A DNA stretch of 64,000 nt from Treponemataceae bacterium (GTDB taxonomy: Bacteria; Spirochaetota; Spirochaetia; Treponematales; Rectinemataceae), in NCBI GenBank assembly GCA_963667725.2, contig CAXXHO010000003.1:1408001-1472000 (forward strand), written 5' to 3'. The notes under the pieces are model-generated. The model was not told where the DNA came from. It saw only the letters and a list, made by a program, of their open reading frames with translations, and did no database searches. This document shows, in pieces, positions 38,258 to 47,833 of this stretch. Numbering within the stretch: the stretch's first letter is position 1; each line of letters opens with the position of its first letter. A program made the translations under genes and the position numbers.

Positions 38258-40462
38258 ATGAAGAGAACAATATCATGGCCATTCATGTTACTGCCGATTT
38301 TAACCCTCGCCTGCGCCTGTACGGGGCTTCAGAACAACAGGCTGGGGACCCTGGCCGTCAAGCTCCGATTCGACTCAGGCTGGATCGGGTCCAAATCCAT
38401 CTTTCAGGCGAAGAGCGGAGGTGTTAAGTCCATAATCCCATCGGAAGACTGGGGTCCCGCGAGATTCGTCATCACGGGCACTGGCCCTGGAGGAAGCGTC
38501 GTTTCCCTCGAAAGCGGCGATATGAACATAGAAACCAAGCTGGTTCCGGGAGACTGGGAGATCGACGTGAAGGCGTTTTCAGCCGCGAACAAGGAGGTGG
38601 CCGCCGGAACGCTGACCTGCCTGCTCCAGCCAGGCAGGACTACCGCCGCCAATATCGTACTTTATCCGCTCGAGGGCACCGGCAATCTATCGATCGCCAT
38701 AACCAGCAATATCGCAGTACCCGCGGGAGGGCGAATAACCGGCAATCTCGCGTATAAAGGCCTGCCTGGACACCCGGCCCCCTCAGAGCCGACGACCTTG
38801 GCTATCGACATCCCGTCTGAACAGACGAGCCTCTCATTCGAAGCGCTGCAGTCAGGCCATTATTCCATCAGTTTGAAGCTGCTCGCCTCGGATGGAGTCG
38901 TATCGGGCGGCTGCGTCGATACGGTGATGGTCATGTCGGGCTTCCTGAGCGAGGGGACCTGCCTCATAGAGATGGGCATGCCGGTCGCCGACCTCACCGC
39001 CACGCTGTATCCTTCATCGTCCCTCACTCCGCCCCTATTATCCGTGGAACATACATTCTCCCAAACCCATGGCTACATGCCGCTGGCCATTCCGCTTCAT
39101 GTGCCGGAGGCCGGCGACGAGATCGCGAGGAAATGGTACGCGAATGGCGAAGAAGCAGGAGAAGCGGTTCGGCTTACGGGAAACAGGGGCATCCTTCCGG
39201 AAGGGACATTCGCCTTTCCCCAGAGCATCCCGCTTTCTCCCCTTTCCCTCGTGCGCGCCGATATCGTGGAAGAATCACTGTCCACCTTCCGCGCCGGATC
39301 TGCCAGCGTGACTCTCGGCGCCGGCGAAGGAGACGATTCCGGAACCTTCGGATGGCGTGCCAGCTACGACTATGCCGCGGCCCTCTCTCCCTCGCTCCAC
39401 CAAAACACGGCGACCAACAACGGCGGTTCCGGGAGCATGTATGCCGCGAAGGCGATCGCGGCCAGCCCCTCTGGGCTCGTCGCTGTATCGGGCTTAGATG
39501 GCGAAGGAGCGCTCCACGCCTTCGCCGCGGGCTACGGGGCCGAGCTGGACCCGGCCGTGGTCGGGGCTGGAAAGGCCCTCTCCATCGACGCCTCCTGGGT
39601 CAGGCTATGGCGGGAAAAAATCAGAGTCGCCAATGTGGTCAAGACCGCCGATAGGCTCGCTATATCCAACGATGGGCGATTCATCGCTTCCGCGTCGTCG
39701 CAGTCCAACTGGATACACCTCTGCTCTCTCGACTCGAGCGGGACCCTTCTCGCCGCCTTTACGGCGACGGCCGAGGGGGACCTAAAGGCACTCTGCTTTT
39801 CCCCGGATAGCGGCAAGCTCTACGCCGCGGCCAATTCGACCAAGAAAATTTATGCCTTCAATATCAACGTGACAGGGATAAGTCCCGCATGGAGCACTCA
39901 ACTCACGTCGGGAGGCGAGACCCTTTCGCTCCAGGATATGGCGGTCACGAGTTCCGGAAGCATTATCGTCACGGCTAAGGACGCATCCAGGATTTATATT
40001 CTATCAAACGAGGGTTCCCTCAATGCGGAAATGACTATCCAGGGCGCCTCGGGCGGAACCGATCCCTACCATCCCGGCGCGCTCGCGATATCCAGCCGAG
40101 GGGACGCATTCTACGTTCTCTGCGACGAGGAAAAGATCATCCGCTACAGCCGGGCCGATTCCCTTTCTCCCTACGCTCCGGAGGCTTTCTTCATCCTTCC
40201 CGCCGCAGCGGAAGGAAGCTGTTTCATCGCCGCGGGAACCCAATCGGGTGAAACCGCGGAAATCGTGGCCGCCGCGGGTGGGGCCACTATCGAACTCTTC
40301 GAGATCGGCGGCGATGGAACCTTCCTGAACGGCTATCCGCTCAACTCCGCGCCTGGGGTTCCCGCCGGCACCCAGATGAGCGACATGCTCTGTTTCGCGA
40401 GGGGCGCATTCCTGCTGTCGGGAGGAACTTCAGGCGTCGTTTCAGTATTCGGGGCCGACTAG
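38258..40462 (+). CDS. Putative lipoprotein with beta-rich N-terminal domains and a C-terminal beta-propeller-like region
   Basis: GGAGG RBS and ATG 38258; signal peptide ending LACAC; propeller-like repeats (LAISNDGRFI, LCFSPDSGKLY, MAVTSSGSII, LAISSRGDAFY). Confidence 0.7.
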   Translation: MKRTISWPFMLLPILTLACACTGLQNNRLGTLAVKLRFDSGWIGSKSIFQAKSGGVKSIIPSEDWGPARFVITGTGPGGSVVSLESGDMNIETKLVPGDWEIDVKAFSAANKEVAAGTLTCLLQPGRTTAANIVLYPLEGTGNLSIAITSNIAVPAGGRITGNLAYKGLPGHPAPSEPTTLAIDIPSEQTSLSFEALQSGHYSISLKLLASDGVVSGGCVDTVMVMSGFLSEGTCLIEMGMPVADLTATLYPSSSLTPPLLSVEHTFSQTHGYMPLAIPLHVPEAGDEIARKWYANGEEAGEAVRLTGNRGILPEGTFAFPQSIPLSPLSLVRADIVEESLSTFRAGSASVTLGAGEGDDSGTFGWRASYDYAAALSPSLHQNTATNNGGSGSMYAAKAIAASPSGLVAVSGLDGEGALHAFAAGYGAELDPAVVGAGKALSIDASWVRLWREKIRVANVVKTADRLAISNDGRFIASASSQSNWIHLCSLDSSGTLLAAFTATAEGDLKALCFSPDSGKLYAAANSTKKIYAFNINVTGISPAWSTQLTSGGETLSLQDMAVTSSGSIIVTAKDASRIYILSNEGSLNAEMTIQGASGGTDPYHPGALAISSRGDAFYVLCDEEKIIRYSRADSLSPYAPEAFFILPAAAEGSCFIAAGTQSGETAEIVAAAGGATIELFEIGGDGTFLNGYPLNSAPGVPAGTQMSDMLCFARGAFLLSGGTSGVVSVFGAD

Positions 40463-40560
40463 GAACAGGCGAGCGTGGGGACTGGGGCGTTTCGCGCCTG
40501 CGCGGTCACTGGCGCAGAGTGCTCCAGTTGCTGTATCTTTATGCTTTCAGGAGAAAGCGA

Positions 40561-42330
40561 ATGTACAAACTGGAAAACTTCACGCTCGTCGAAATGGTAA
40601 AAAAAAGCGGAAAACATTACGCATCCCTGCCCGCCCTCTCCATGGTAGGAGGAATGCGGCTAACGTACGAAGAGGTGGAAAAGCGCTCGGCGACCATGGC
40701 CGCTGTCCTCGCCTCCCATGGCGTCGGCGCAGGCGATAAAGTTGCCCTGCTCGCCGAAAGCTCCCCTTACTGGGGCGTCGCCTATTTTGGCATTCTCCGC
40801 GCGGGCGCCATCGTCGTCCCCATCCTCACGGATTTTACCGCCGAGCAGATCAGGAACATCGTCGTCCATTCGGAAGCCAGAGCCATCATATGTTCGGACA
40901 AGCTCGTTCAGAAAACGCAGTCCCTGGGGCTTTCCATTCTCCTCCTCGACATCAAGGACGGAGCCCGACGGAGCCTAGCCTCCGAGACGGCCGGCGAGGC
41001 GTCCCTCGAACCCGCTCCCGCCGCCGATCGGCCTTCCGTCGATCCGGCGTTCGTCACCGCCTCGCCGCGGCCCGATGATATAGCTATGATCGTCTATACT
41101 TCGGGAACGACGGGTCTGTCGAAAGGCGTCATGCTCAGCCACCGGAACATCCTATCCAACGCCTTAGGATGCCGCTCCATCATCATTCTCCACAGAACCG
41201 ATAAGTTGCTCTCCATTCTTCCCCTCGCCCATACCTACGAATTCACCATTGGCTTCATCATCCCGCTGCTCTCGGGTTCGCAGATATTCTATCTGGACAG
41301 ACCTCCTTCGCCCACGGTCCTGCTTCCGGCCCTGAAGCTGATCAGGCCGACCATCATGCTCTCGGTTCCTCTCGTCATCGAAAAGGTCTATCGATCGAAT
41401 ATCAAGCCCACCCTCGAAGCCATGAAACTATACGCCAACCCGATGATCAAGCCGATTCTCATCAAGTTTGCCGGCATCAAGCTCAAGAAAACCTTCGGCG
41501 GCCGAATACGATTTTTCGGCGTCGGGGGAGCGCCGCTCGCCAGCGATGTAGAAGAATTCCTCAAGAAGGCGAATTTCCACTACGCCATCGGCTACGGCCT
41601 GACCGAGTGCGCCCCGCTTCTCGCCGGAGCTCCTCCCAGTAAAACCTTTCTCCGTTCGACCGGCCCGGCCCTCGATGGCGTCACCATCAGGATAGCCAAC
41701 CCCAACCCGAACACGGGAGAAGGCGAGATACAAGCCAAGGGCGATAATATTTTCAAAGGGTATTACAAGGATCCGGAACGCACGAAGGAAACCTTCACCG
41801 AGGATGGCTGGTTCAAGACAGGCGACTTGGGATTCATCGACGAAAAGAAAAGGGTATTCGTGCGCGGACGGATCAAGACCATGATCCTCGGCGCCTCGGG
41901 CGAGAATATCTATCCCGAGGAAATCGAGGCTGTGCTGAATCAGTCGCCCTATGTGGCTGAATCTCTCGTCATAGAAGGCGAGTCCGGCCTTACGGCCTTC
42001 GTCTATCTGAAAAGCGAAGTGCTTGAGAACCTTGAAGCCAGAATACAGGACGGACTGGACGCGGCCGGGGACATTTCTTCCCGGATGGGAAACGCCCTGG
42101 CCCAAGCCGAAAAATCGGTGGCCAAATCCATCGGTCAGGCCTGGGGCGACGCCGAGAAAACCGCTGGGAAACTTCTGGAAACCATACGAAAAGAGACCAA
42201 CGCGAAGCTCACCTCCTTTTCCAAGATACGCACGATAAAGCTGCACGACGGACCTTTCGAAAAGACGCCCACGCAGAAAATCAAGAGGTTCCTGTATTCG
42301 AAATCGGGGGACATCAAGCCCAATAACTGA
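40561..42330 (+). CDS. Long-chain fatty acid--CoA ligase (AMP-binding enzyme)
   Basis: YTSGTTGLSKG, SILPLAH, GYGLTE, WFKTGDLG, GENIYPEEIE, KTPTQKIKR. Confidence 0.92.
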   Translation: MYKLENFTLVEMVKKSGKHYASLPALSMVGGMRLTYEEVEKRSATMAAVLASHGVGAGDKVALLAESSPYWGVAYFGILRAGAIVVPILTDFTAEQIRNIVVHSEARAIICSDKLVQKTQSLGLSILLLDIKDGARRSLASETAGEASLEPAPAADRPSVDPAFVTASPRPDDIAMIVYTSGTTGLSKGVMLSHRNILSNALGCRSIIILHRTDKLLSILPLAHTYEFTIGFIIPLLSGSQIFYLDRPPSPTVLLPALKLIRPTIMLSVPLVIEKVYRSNIKPTLEAMKLYANPMIKPILIKFAGIKLKKTFGGRIRFFGVGGAPLASDVEEFLKKANFHYAIGYGLTECAPLLAGAPPSKTFLRSTGPALDGVTIRIANPNPNTGEGEIQAKGDNIFKGYYKDPERTKETFTEDGWFKTGDLGFIDEKKRVFVRGRIKTMILGASGENIYPEEIEAVLNQSPYVAESLVIEGESGLTAFVYLKSEVLENLEARIQDGLDAAGDISSRMGNALAQAEKSVAKSIGQAWGDAEKTAGKLLETIRKETNAKLTSFSKIRTIKLHDGPFEKTPTQKIKRFLYSKSGDIKPNN

Positions 42331-42341
42331 TCAGGGCGATT

Positions 42342-43424
42342 TCAGCTTTCCCTGACTGAGGTTTTCCGGTTGATGAAGACGAAGAACATCACGAGGATCG
42401 CGATGGCTGAAATTCTCGTGACAAAACCGGCGGTTCTGTTCATATAGAGGGGGCTGAGGGCCGCGACGGCGAGAAGTATATTGATGCTGTAGATGATGAG
42501 CAGGACCCAGCCCGTGGATTTGACCTTTCTGAGAAGGATGTGATGGAGATGCCCCTTGTCCGCGGTAAAGAAGGATACGTGAGCTTTCTTGCGCCTGTAC
42601 ATGGCCGACAGGGTGTCGAAAATCGGTATGCCCAGCGTTGTCGCCGCCGAAATGAGCCCAACTTCCGCGTTTTTACTCCCCCCATTGCCGAGAAGCGGCA
42701 ATACGGCCAGACAAAAACCCAGAAAGAGACTGCCCGAATCGCCCATGAAAATCTTGGCGGGGGGAAAGTTGAAAACGAGAAAGCCGGCAGTCGCTCCCGC
42801 TATCGCCAGGCAAATCTCGGCTGAAAGAAGAGCTCCCTGAATCCAGAAAGAAATGCCGAAAGTCACCGAAGCGATAAAGCAGATGCCCCCGGCGAGACCA
42901 TCGAGACCGTCGATCAGGTTCATGGCGTTCGTTATACCGATGATCCAAAGCAGCGTTATGGGATAGGAGAATAATCCCAGATTTATGAAGCCATTGCCCC
43001 AGGGCACGATCATAACCTTGAAACGGAAGCCGAATAGTATGAGGAAGATGGCGGCCGTCACCTGAACGAAGAATTTCAGCCTCGCCCGCAAATCGACGAG
43101 ATCGTCGATGAGGCCGAGGAAAAATATCGCGGTTCCGGCGAGCACGATCGGCCAGATTTTATACTGTACCTGAAAATTATCGATCAGAGGTCCCTGCAGC
43201 AGCATCAGCGCCAGCATCGTGGCAAAAAAAGCCGAGGCTATCCCTACGCCGCCCAGCCTGGGGATGTTCCCATTATGGATCTTCCTCTCGTTTACCGTAT
43301 CGTAGAGTCCTTGCTTGTGCGCAAAATATAGTATCGCCGGTACCATCGACGAGGCAAAGGCGCATGACAATAGCATTGATATCAGCGGCACGAGATCCTC
43401 CCGGACTTTTTGAAAACAAAACAC
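42342..43424 (-). CDS. Undecaprenyl-phosphate GlcNAc-1-phosphate transferase (WecA/TagO, MraY family)
   Basis: RKIH..IPRLGG, GLIDD, NAMNLIDGLDGLA, FNFPPAKIFMGDSGS, DKGHLHH. Start is uncertain (43424, 43391 or 43376). Confidence 0.92.
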   Translation of the reverse strand: MFCFQKVREDLVPLISMLLSCAFASSMVPAILYFAHKQGLYDTVNERKIHNGNIPRLGGVGIASAFFATMLALMLLQGPLIDNFQVQYKIWPIVLAGTAIFFLGLIDDLVDLRARLKFFVQVTAAIFLILFGFRFKVMIVPWGNGFINLGLFSYPITLLWIIGITNAMNLIDGLDGLAGGICFIASVTFGISFWIQGALLSAEICLAIAGATAGFLVFNFPPAKIFMGDSGSLFLGFCLAVLPLLGNGGSKNAEVGLISAATTLGIPIFDTLSAMYRRKKAHVSFFTADKGHLHHILLRKVKSTGWVLLIIYSINILLAVAALSPLYMNRTAGFVTRISAIAILVMFFVFINRKTSVRES

Positions 43425-43448
43425 TTCATCACATAGTAATTGTATTCT

Positions 43449-43488
43449 AAAGCAAAAGCGGCCGGAATCGCAAGGTTCCGGCCGCTCT
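43449..43488 (-). terminator. Intrinsic terminator of the gcv operon
   Basis: AGCGGCCGGAA/TTCCGGCCGCT stem followed on the minus strand by TTTGCTTT. Confidence 0.75.
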
Positions 43489-43528
43489 AAATGAGCAGGA
43501 TAAGGGCTAGGACGGCTTGCGCCGCGAT

Positions 43529-44962
43529 TCAGCCTCTATAGCAGAGCACGGGGGAGCGGGCCGCGGCTACCTCGTCCATTCGCCCGACAGGCGTCGTCGA
43601 GGGCGCTTGATGGAGGAGTTCGGGATTAGTCCTGGCCTCTTCGGCGATGGCGAGCATCGCGTCGGCGAAGGCATCGAGATTGCGCTTGCTCTCCGTTTCC
43701 GTCGGCTCGATCATGAGGGCCTCGGGCACGATCAGGGGGAAGTAGATTGTGGGCGGATGGAATCCGTAGTCTATGAGGCGCTTGGCTATATCCAAGGTAT
43801 GGATGCCCGGCGCGATATCGCCCATCGCGACGAATTCGTGCATGCACGTGCGCGTATACTTGAGCTTGTACGCTTTTTCCAGGCGAGCCCTCAGGTAATT
43901 GGCGTTGAGGACAGAATTTTCCGCGATCCGCCTCATGCCGTTAGCCCCCTGCATCCTGACATAGGTATAGGCGCGAACAAGCACTCCGAAGTTTCCGTAG
44001 AAAGCCTTTACCTTGCCGATGCTGAACTCGGGCATTGAGAGCGCGTATTTGCCGCCCTTCCGGATCGCGACCGGACCGGGAAGATAGGGCACTAGTTCCT
44101 TGACGGCGCCGACCATGCCCGCGCCTGGCCCTCCGCCGCCGTGGGGGGTGGAGAAGGTTTTATGCAGGTTGAAGTGCATGACGTCGATGCCGCTCTTGCC
44201 GGGCTTGAAGACGCCCGTCAGCGCGTTCATGTTCGCGCCGTCGCCGTACACCAGGCCGCCAGCCTCATGGACCATCTTCGCTATCTTCGTGATGTTCCTC
44301 TCGAACAGCCCGAGGGTATTGGGGTTGGTGATCATGATGCCGGCCACCGAATCGTCCAGGGCAGCCTTGAGGGCCTTGAGATCGATGTTGCCGTCGCGCC
44401 CCGAAGGAATGGTCTGGGTGACGAAGCCGGCCATCGTGCAGGAAGCCGGGTTGGTGCCATGAGCGGAATCGGGGATGAGCATCTTGGTGCGTTGTGTTTG
44501 TCCCTTGGCCCTCAGGTAATCCCTTATCATGAGGACGCCGGAAAGCTCGCCATGGGCGCCGGCCGCTGGCTGCAGGGATACCGCCGCGAAACCGCCTATT
44601 TCGGCGAGGCTGGCCTGGAGCTTGTAGATGAGTTCGATCGCGCCCTGGGACTGAGCGTCGCCGGCGAGAGGATGCGCGTTACGCCATCCCGCCATCGCGG
44701 CGGCCGTCTCGTTGGCTCTGGGGTTATACTTCATCGTGCAGGAACCCAGAGGATAGAAATGCGTATCGATGGAATAATTCTTCTGGGAAAGCTTCGTGAA
44801 ATGCCGCACCACCGTCAGCTCGTCCAGTTCGGGCAAGGCAAGGGATTCGCGGACAAGGCCAGCAGGCAAGGAAGCTTTCGGCACATCGGAATCGGGAAGA
44901 GAACAACCGATGAGACCGGGACTCGTGAGTTCGAAGACCAGAGGTTCCTGAATGAGATTCAT
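43529..44962 (-). CDS. gcvPB: Glycine dehydrogenase (decarboxylating) subunit 2
   Basis: PLGSCTMKYNP, QPAAGAHGE, SAHGTNPAS, HFNLHKTFSTPHGGGGPG, IEPTETE. Confidence 0.97.
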   Translation of the reverse strand: MNLIQEPLVFELTSPGLIGCSLPDSDVPKASLPAGLVRESLALPELDELTVVRHFTKLSQKNYSIDTHFYPLGSCTMKYNPRANETAAAMAGWRNAHPLAGDAQSQGAIELIYKLQASLAEIGGFAAVSLQPAAGAHGELSGVLMIRDYLRAKGQTQRTKMLIPDSAHGTNPASCTMAGFVTQTIPSGRDGNIDLKALKAALDDSVAGIMITNPNTLGLFERNITKIAKMVHEAGGLVYGDGANMNALTGVFKPGKSGIDVMHFNLHKTFSTPHGGGGPGAGMVGAVKELVPYLPGPVAIRKGGKYALSMPEFSIGKVKAFYGNFGVLVRAYTYVRMQGANGMRRIAENSVLNANYLRARLEKAYKLKYTRTCMHEFVAMGDIAPGIHTLDIAKRLIDYGFHPPTIYFPLIVPEALMIEPTETESKRNLDAFADAMLAIAEEARTNPELLHQAPSTTPVGRMDEVAAARSPVLCYRG

Positions 44963-46278
44963 GCCGAAACCTCCTTGAGGGCGGCGGCAAGTCTGTCGAT
45001 GTCCGCCTTGGTGTTCATTTCAGTCACGCAGACGAGCAACTCCTTGGTCCGCGAGGCGTCGTAGCGGGAGAGAGGCAGGCCGGGCACGATATGTTTCTTT
45101 ACGAGCGCCGCATAGATGTCGGCCGCGGGTTTGGGCGTCGAAACGAGGAACTCCTTGAAGAAGCTCTTCGTGACCACCTTGAACCCCGGAATTTCCGCGA
45201 TCTTGGAAGCGGCGTAGTGAGCCTTGTCGTTGCAGAGCGATGCGACCATCTCCATTCCCTTGGACCCCATGGCGGCCATGTAGATGCAGGCCTGGAGCAT
45301 GACGAGACCCTGATTCGAGCAGATGTTGGATACGGCTTTTTCGCGCCGGATATGCTGCTCGCGCGCGGTCAGCGTGAGCACGAAACCCCGCCTTCCGTCG
45401 TGGTCCTTGGCTTCGCCCACGATGCGTCCAGGCATCTTGCGCATGAACTTCACCGTCGTCCCCATCATGCCGAGGTAGGGGCCGCCGAAATTCATGGAAT
45501 TGCCGAGGCATTGGCCTTCGGCGACGACGATGTCGGCCCCCTGGGCTCCCGGGCTCTTCAGGATCGCGCACATGATCGGGTCGGCCTGCACGATGAAGAG
45601 CGCGCCGGAATCATGAGCCTTTTTCGCGCCCGCCTCGAGGGGATAAATCTCCCCGGAAAAGCTCGGATAGGCGGCCACGAGACAAGCCGTCAGGCCGTCC
45701 ACGGGAGCCGTCTCCGGAGCGCCCTTGTACTCCACGATTTCCACATCGAAGGATGAGAAATAGGTTTTCACCACATCCTTGTACTCAGGATGAATGTCGG
45801 CGGGGAGAAGAATCCGCTTCCGCGCCTCGTCGATTTTCCACGCCATGAGGATGGCTTCGGCCAGAGCCGTGGCGCCATCGTAGTGAGAGGCGTTGACGAC
45901 GGCCATTCCCAGGAGTTCGGCGGCCATGCTCTGGTATTCGAAGATCGCCTGCAGCGTCCCCTGGGACACTTCGGGCTGGTAGGGAGTGTAGGCGGTGAGG
46001 AATTCGCCTCTCGAAGCGAGGGCTGGCACGATGGAAGGAATGAAATGATTGTAGGCCCCCGCTCCCAGAAACCAGGCAGCCTGTCCGGCTCCCAGATTCT
46101 TGGCCGACAAAGCCTCGATTTCCTTGAGAACCTCGAGCTCCGAAATTCCGTCGGGCAATTTTAGCGGAGGAAAGCGCCGGCTCGCCGGAATGTCGGAAAA
46201 GAGCTCTTCCACGCTCCCCTTCCCGATCACCTCCAGCATGGCCTTGCGTTCAACCTCGGAATTGGGAATAAACGGCAC
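44959..46278 (-). CDS. gcvPA: Glycine dehydrogenase (decarboxylating) subunit 1
   Basis: FLGAGAY, TAYTPYQPEVSQGTLQ, NASHYDG, REQHIRREKAVSNICSNQ. Confidence 0.97.
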   Translation of the reverse strand: MPFIPNSEVERKAMLEVIGKGSVEELFSDIPASRRFPPLKLPDGISELEVLKEIEALSAKNLGAGQAAWFLGAGAYNHFIPSIVPALASRGEFLTAYTPYQPEVSQGTLQAIFEYQSMAAELLGMAVVNASHYDGATALAEAILMAWKIDEARKRILLPADIHPEYKDVVKTYFSSFDVEIVEYKGAPETAPVDGLTACLVAAYPSFSGEIYPLEAGAKKAHDSGALFIVQADPIMCAILKSPGAQGADIVVAEGQCLGNSMNFGGPYLGMMGTTVKFMRKMPGRIVGEAKDHDGRRGFVLTLTAREQHIRREKAVSNICSNQGLVMLQACIYMAAMGSKGMEMVASLCNDKAHYAASKIAEIPGFKVVTKSFFKEFLVSTPKPAADIYAALVKKHIVPGLPLSRYDASRTKELLVCVTEMNTKADIDRLAAALKEVSA

Positions 46279-46282
46279 GGAC

Positions 46283-46666
46283 TCACGCCTCCCCTATGGC
46301 TTTCGCATAGTCCTGCGCGCTCATCAGCGCGTCCAGTTCGGCGATATTGGACGGTTGGATCTTGAGCATCCATCCCGCGGCATAGGGCTCTTTATTTATG
46401 AGGGCGGGATCAGCCTGGAGGGCCTCGTTGACGGCGGCGATCGTGCCTGAAACCGGCATGTAGAGATCGCTGGCCGCCTTCACGGATTCGACGGTCCCGA
46501 AAGTCTGACCCTTGGCGATGGTTTTCCCGACGGCGGGCAATTCGATGAATACGATGTCGCCGAGTTCGGCCTGGGCATGATCGGAAATGCCGACGACAAC
46601 AAGGCCGCTTTCGAGCCTCGCGAATTCATGGGATTCGGCGTACTTCGCTTTCGTATCGATACTCAT
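46283..46666 (-). CDS. gcvH: Glycine cleavage system H protein
   Basis: VGISDHAQAELGDIVF and lipoyl-Lys motif VESVKAASD. Confidence 0.97.
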   Translation of the reverse strand: MSIDTKAKYAESHEFARLESGLVVVGISDHAQAELGDIVFIELPAVGKTIAKGQTFGTVESVKAASDLYMPVSGTIAAVNEALQADPALINKEPYAAGWMLKIQPSNIAELDALMSAQDYAKAIGEA

Positions 46667-46691
46667 GGTTCTACTCCTTTATCTTCTTCGC

Positions 46692-47786
46692 TTATCTTCG
46701 GTATGCGGGAATATAGAGAGGGCGCTTCACGACGACCGCGTCCTTGGGCTGGCCGCGGATGATGACCTTGAGCGCCGTGCCCACCTTGTTGAACCCAGGC
46801 TCCACGAAGGCGTTGGCCGCGTATTTCTTGACCGTGGGGCAGAACATGCCGGCGACGCAATGCCCGACGATCTTGCCCGAAGCGTCGGCCACCTCGTAGC
46901 CTTCGCGCGGCACGCCGCCCGTGACGTCCAGGCCTACGAGCCTTCTCGCGAGCCCCTTCTCGGCGATCTCGGACAGAGCGGCCTTGCCGACGAATTCCTT
47001 GTCGAAATCGCAGGCCCACTTGAAGCCCGCCTCGAGAGGGTTGATGGCGGGGCTGATCTCGTGCCCATGGAGCGGCATTCCCGCCTCGAAGCGCAGACTG
47101 TCCCTCGCCGCGAGCCCTATCGGTTTGGTTTCGATCCCGAGCGCCTCGCCTTTCTCAATGAGGAAATTCCATAGAAACTCGGCCTTGGCCGCGGGGAAGA
47201 AAAGCTCGCCGCCATCCTCGCCCGTGTAGCCCGTCCTGCCGAAAAGCACCGGCACGCCGGCGATATCGATGTTGCCCCAGGTAAATCGCTCGAGGGCGGA
47301 AACGGCCGGGGTGCCGACGGCATCGAGAAGCTCGATGGCTTTGGGTCCCTGAACCGCTATCATGTAGGTATCATCCGACCTGTCGACGATCTTGACGCTC
47401 CTGTCGGCATGGGAGGTGAACCAGGCCAGATCGGTCTCGCGGTTGGACGCGTTGACGACGATCCACCATGAATCGGGCATGCGATAGATGAAAAGATCGT
47501 CGAGCACCAAGCCCTTCTCGTCGAGAAGGAGGGAATAGCGCGCCATGGGGGGAACCATATCCAGGATCTTCGCGCTGACGAGACCCGAGACGAAAGCGTC
47601 GGCGCCGGGGCCCGAAACCTCGAATTGGCCCATATGATCGATATCGAAGAGGCCGACGGAACGCCTCGTTATGGCATGTTCCTCGATCGCTCCCGTGGCG
47701 TAGGAAATAGGCATATCGTAGCCGGCGAAAGGCGCCATCTTGGCTCCGTGCCCCAGATGCCAGCCGTGCAATGCTGTCGTGTTCGT
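46692..47786 (-). CDS. gcvT: Glycine cleavage system T protein (aminomethyltransferase); probable ACG start
   Basis: FAGYDMP, GLFDIDHMG, AVQGP, RTGYTGEDG, GLAARDSLRFEAG. GAGGAGG lies 5 nt before an in-frame ACG at 47786. The ORF track starts at TTG 47771. Confidence 0.95.
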   Translation of the reverse strand, partial: TNTTALHGWHLGHGAKMAPFAGYDMPISYATGAIEEHAITRRSVGLFDIDHMGQFEVSGPGADAFVSGLVSAKILDMVPPMARYSLLLDEKGLVLDDLFIYRMPDSWWIVVNASNRETDLAWFTSHADRSVKIVDRSDDTYMIAVQGPKAIELLDAVGTPAVSALERFTWGNIDIAGVPVLFGRTGYTGEDGGELFFPAAKAEFLWNFLIEKGEALGIETKPIGLAARDSLRFEAGMPLHGHEISPAINPLEAGFKWACDFDKEFVGKAALSEIAEKGLARRLVGLDVTGGVPREGYEVADASGKIVGHCVAGMFCPTVKKYAANAFVEPGFNKVGTALKVIIRGQPKDAVVVKRPLYIPAYRR

Positions 47787-47824
47787 AATAGCCTCCTCAT
47801 GAGGGATATATGTGCGGTGAAAAA

Positions 47825-47833
47825 ATTATAACA
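47825..47833 (-). promoter_or_regulatory. Extended -10 promoter element for the gcv operon
   Basis: Perfect TG-T-TATAAT on the minus strand, directly after the upstream gene's stop codon. Confidence 0.6.

Noticed and set aside
47787..47833. Glycine riboswitch upstream of gcvT
   Set aside because: Only about 47 bp separate gcvT from the upstream gene, which is too short for the aptamer, and no aptamer pattern is visible.
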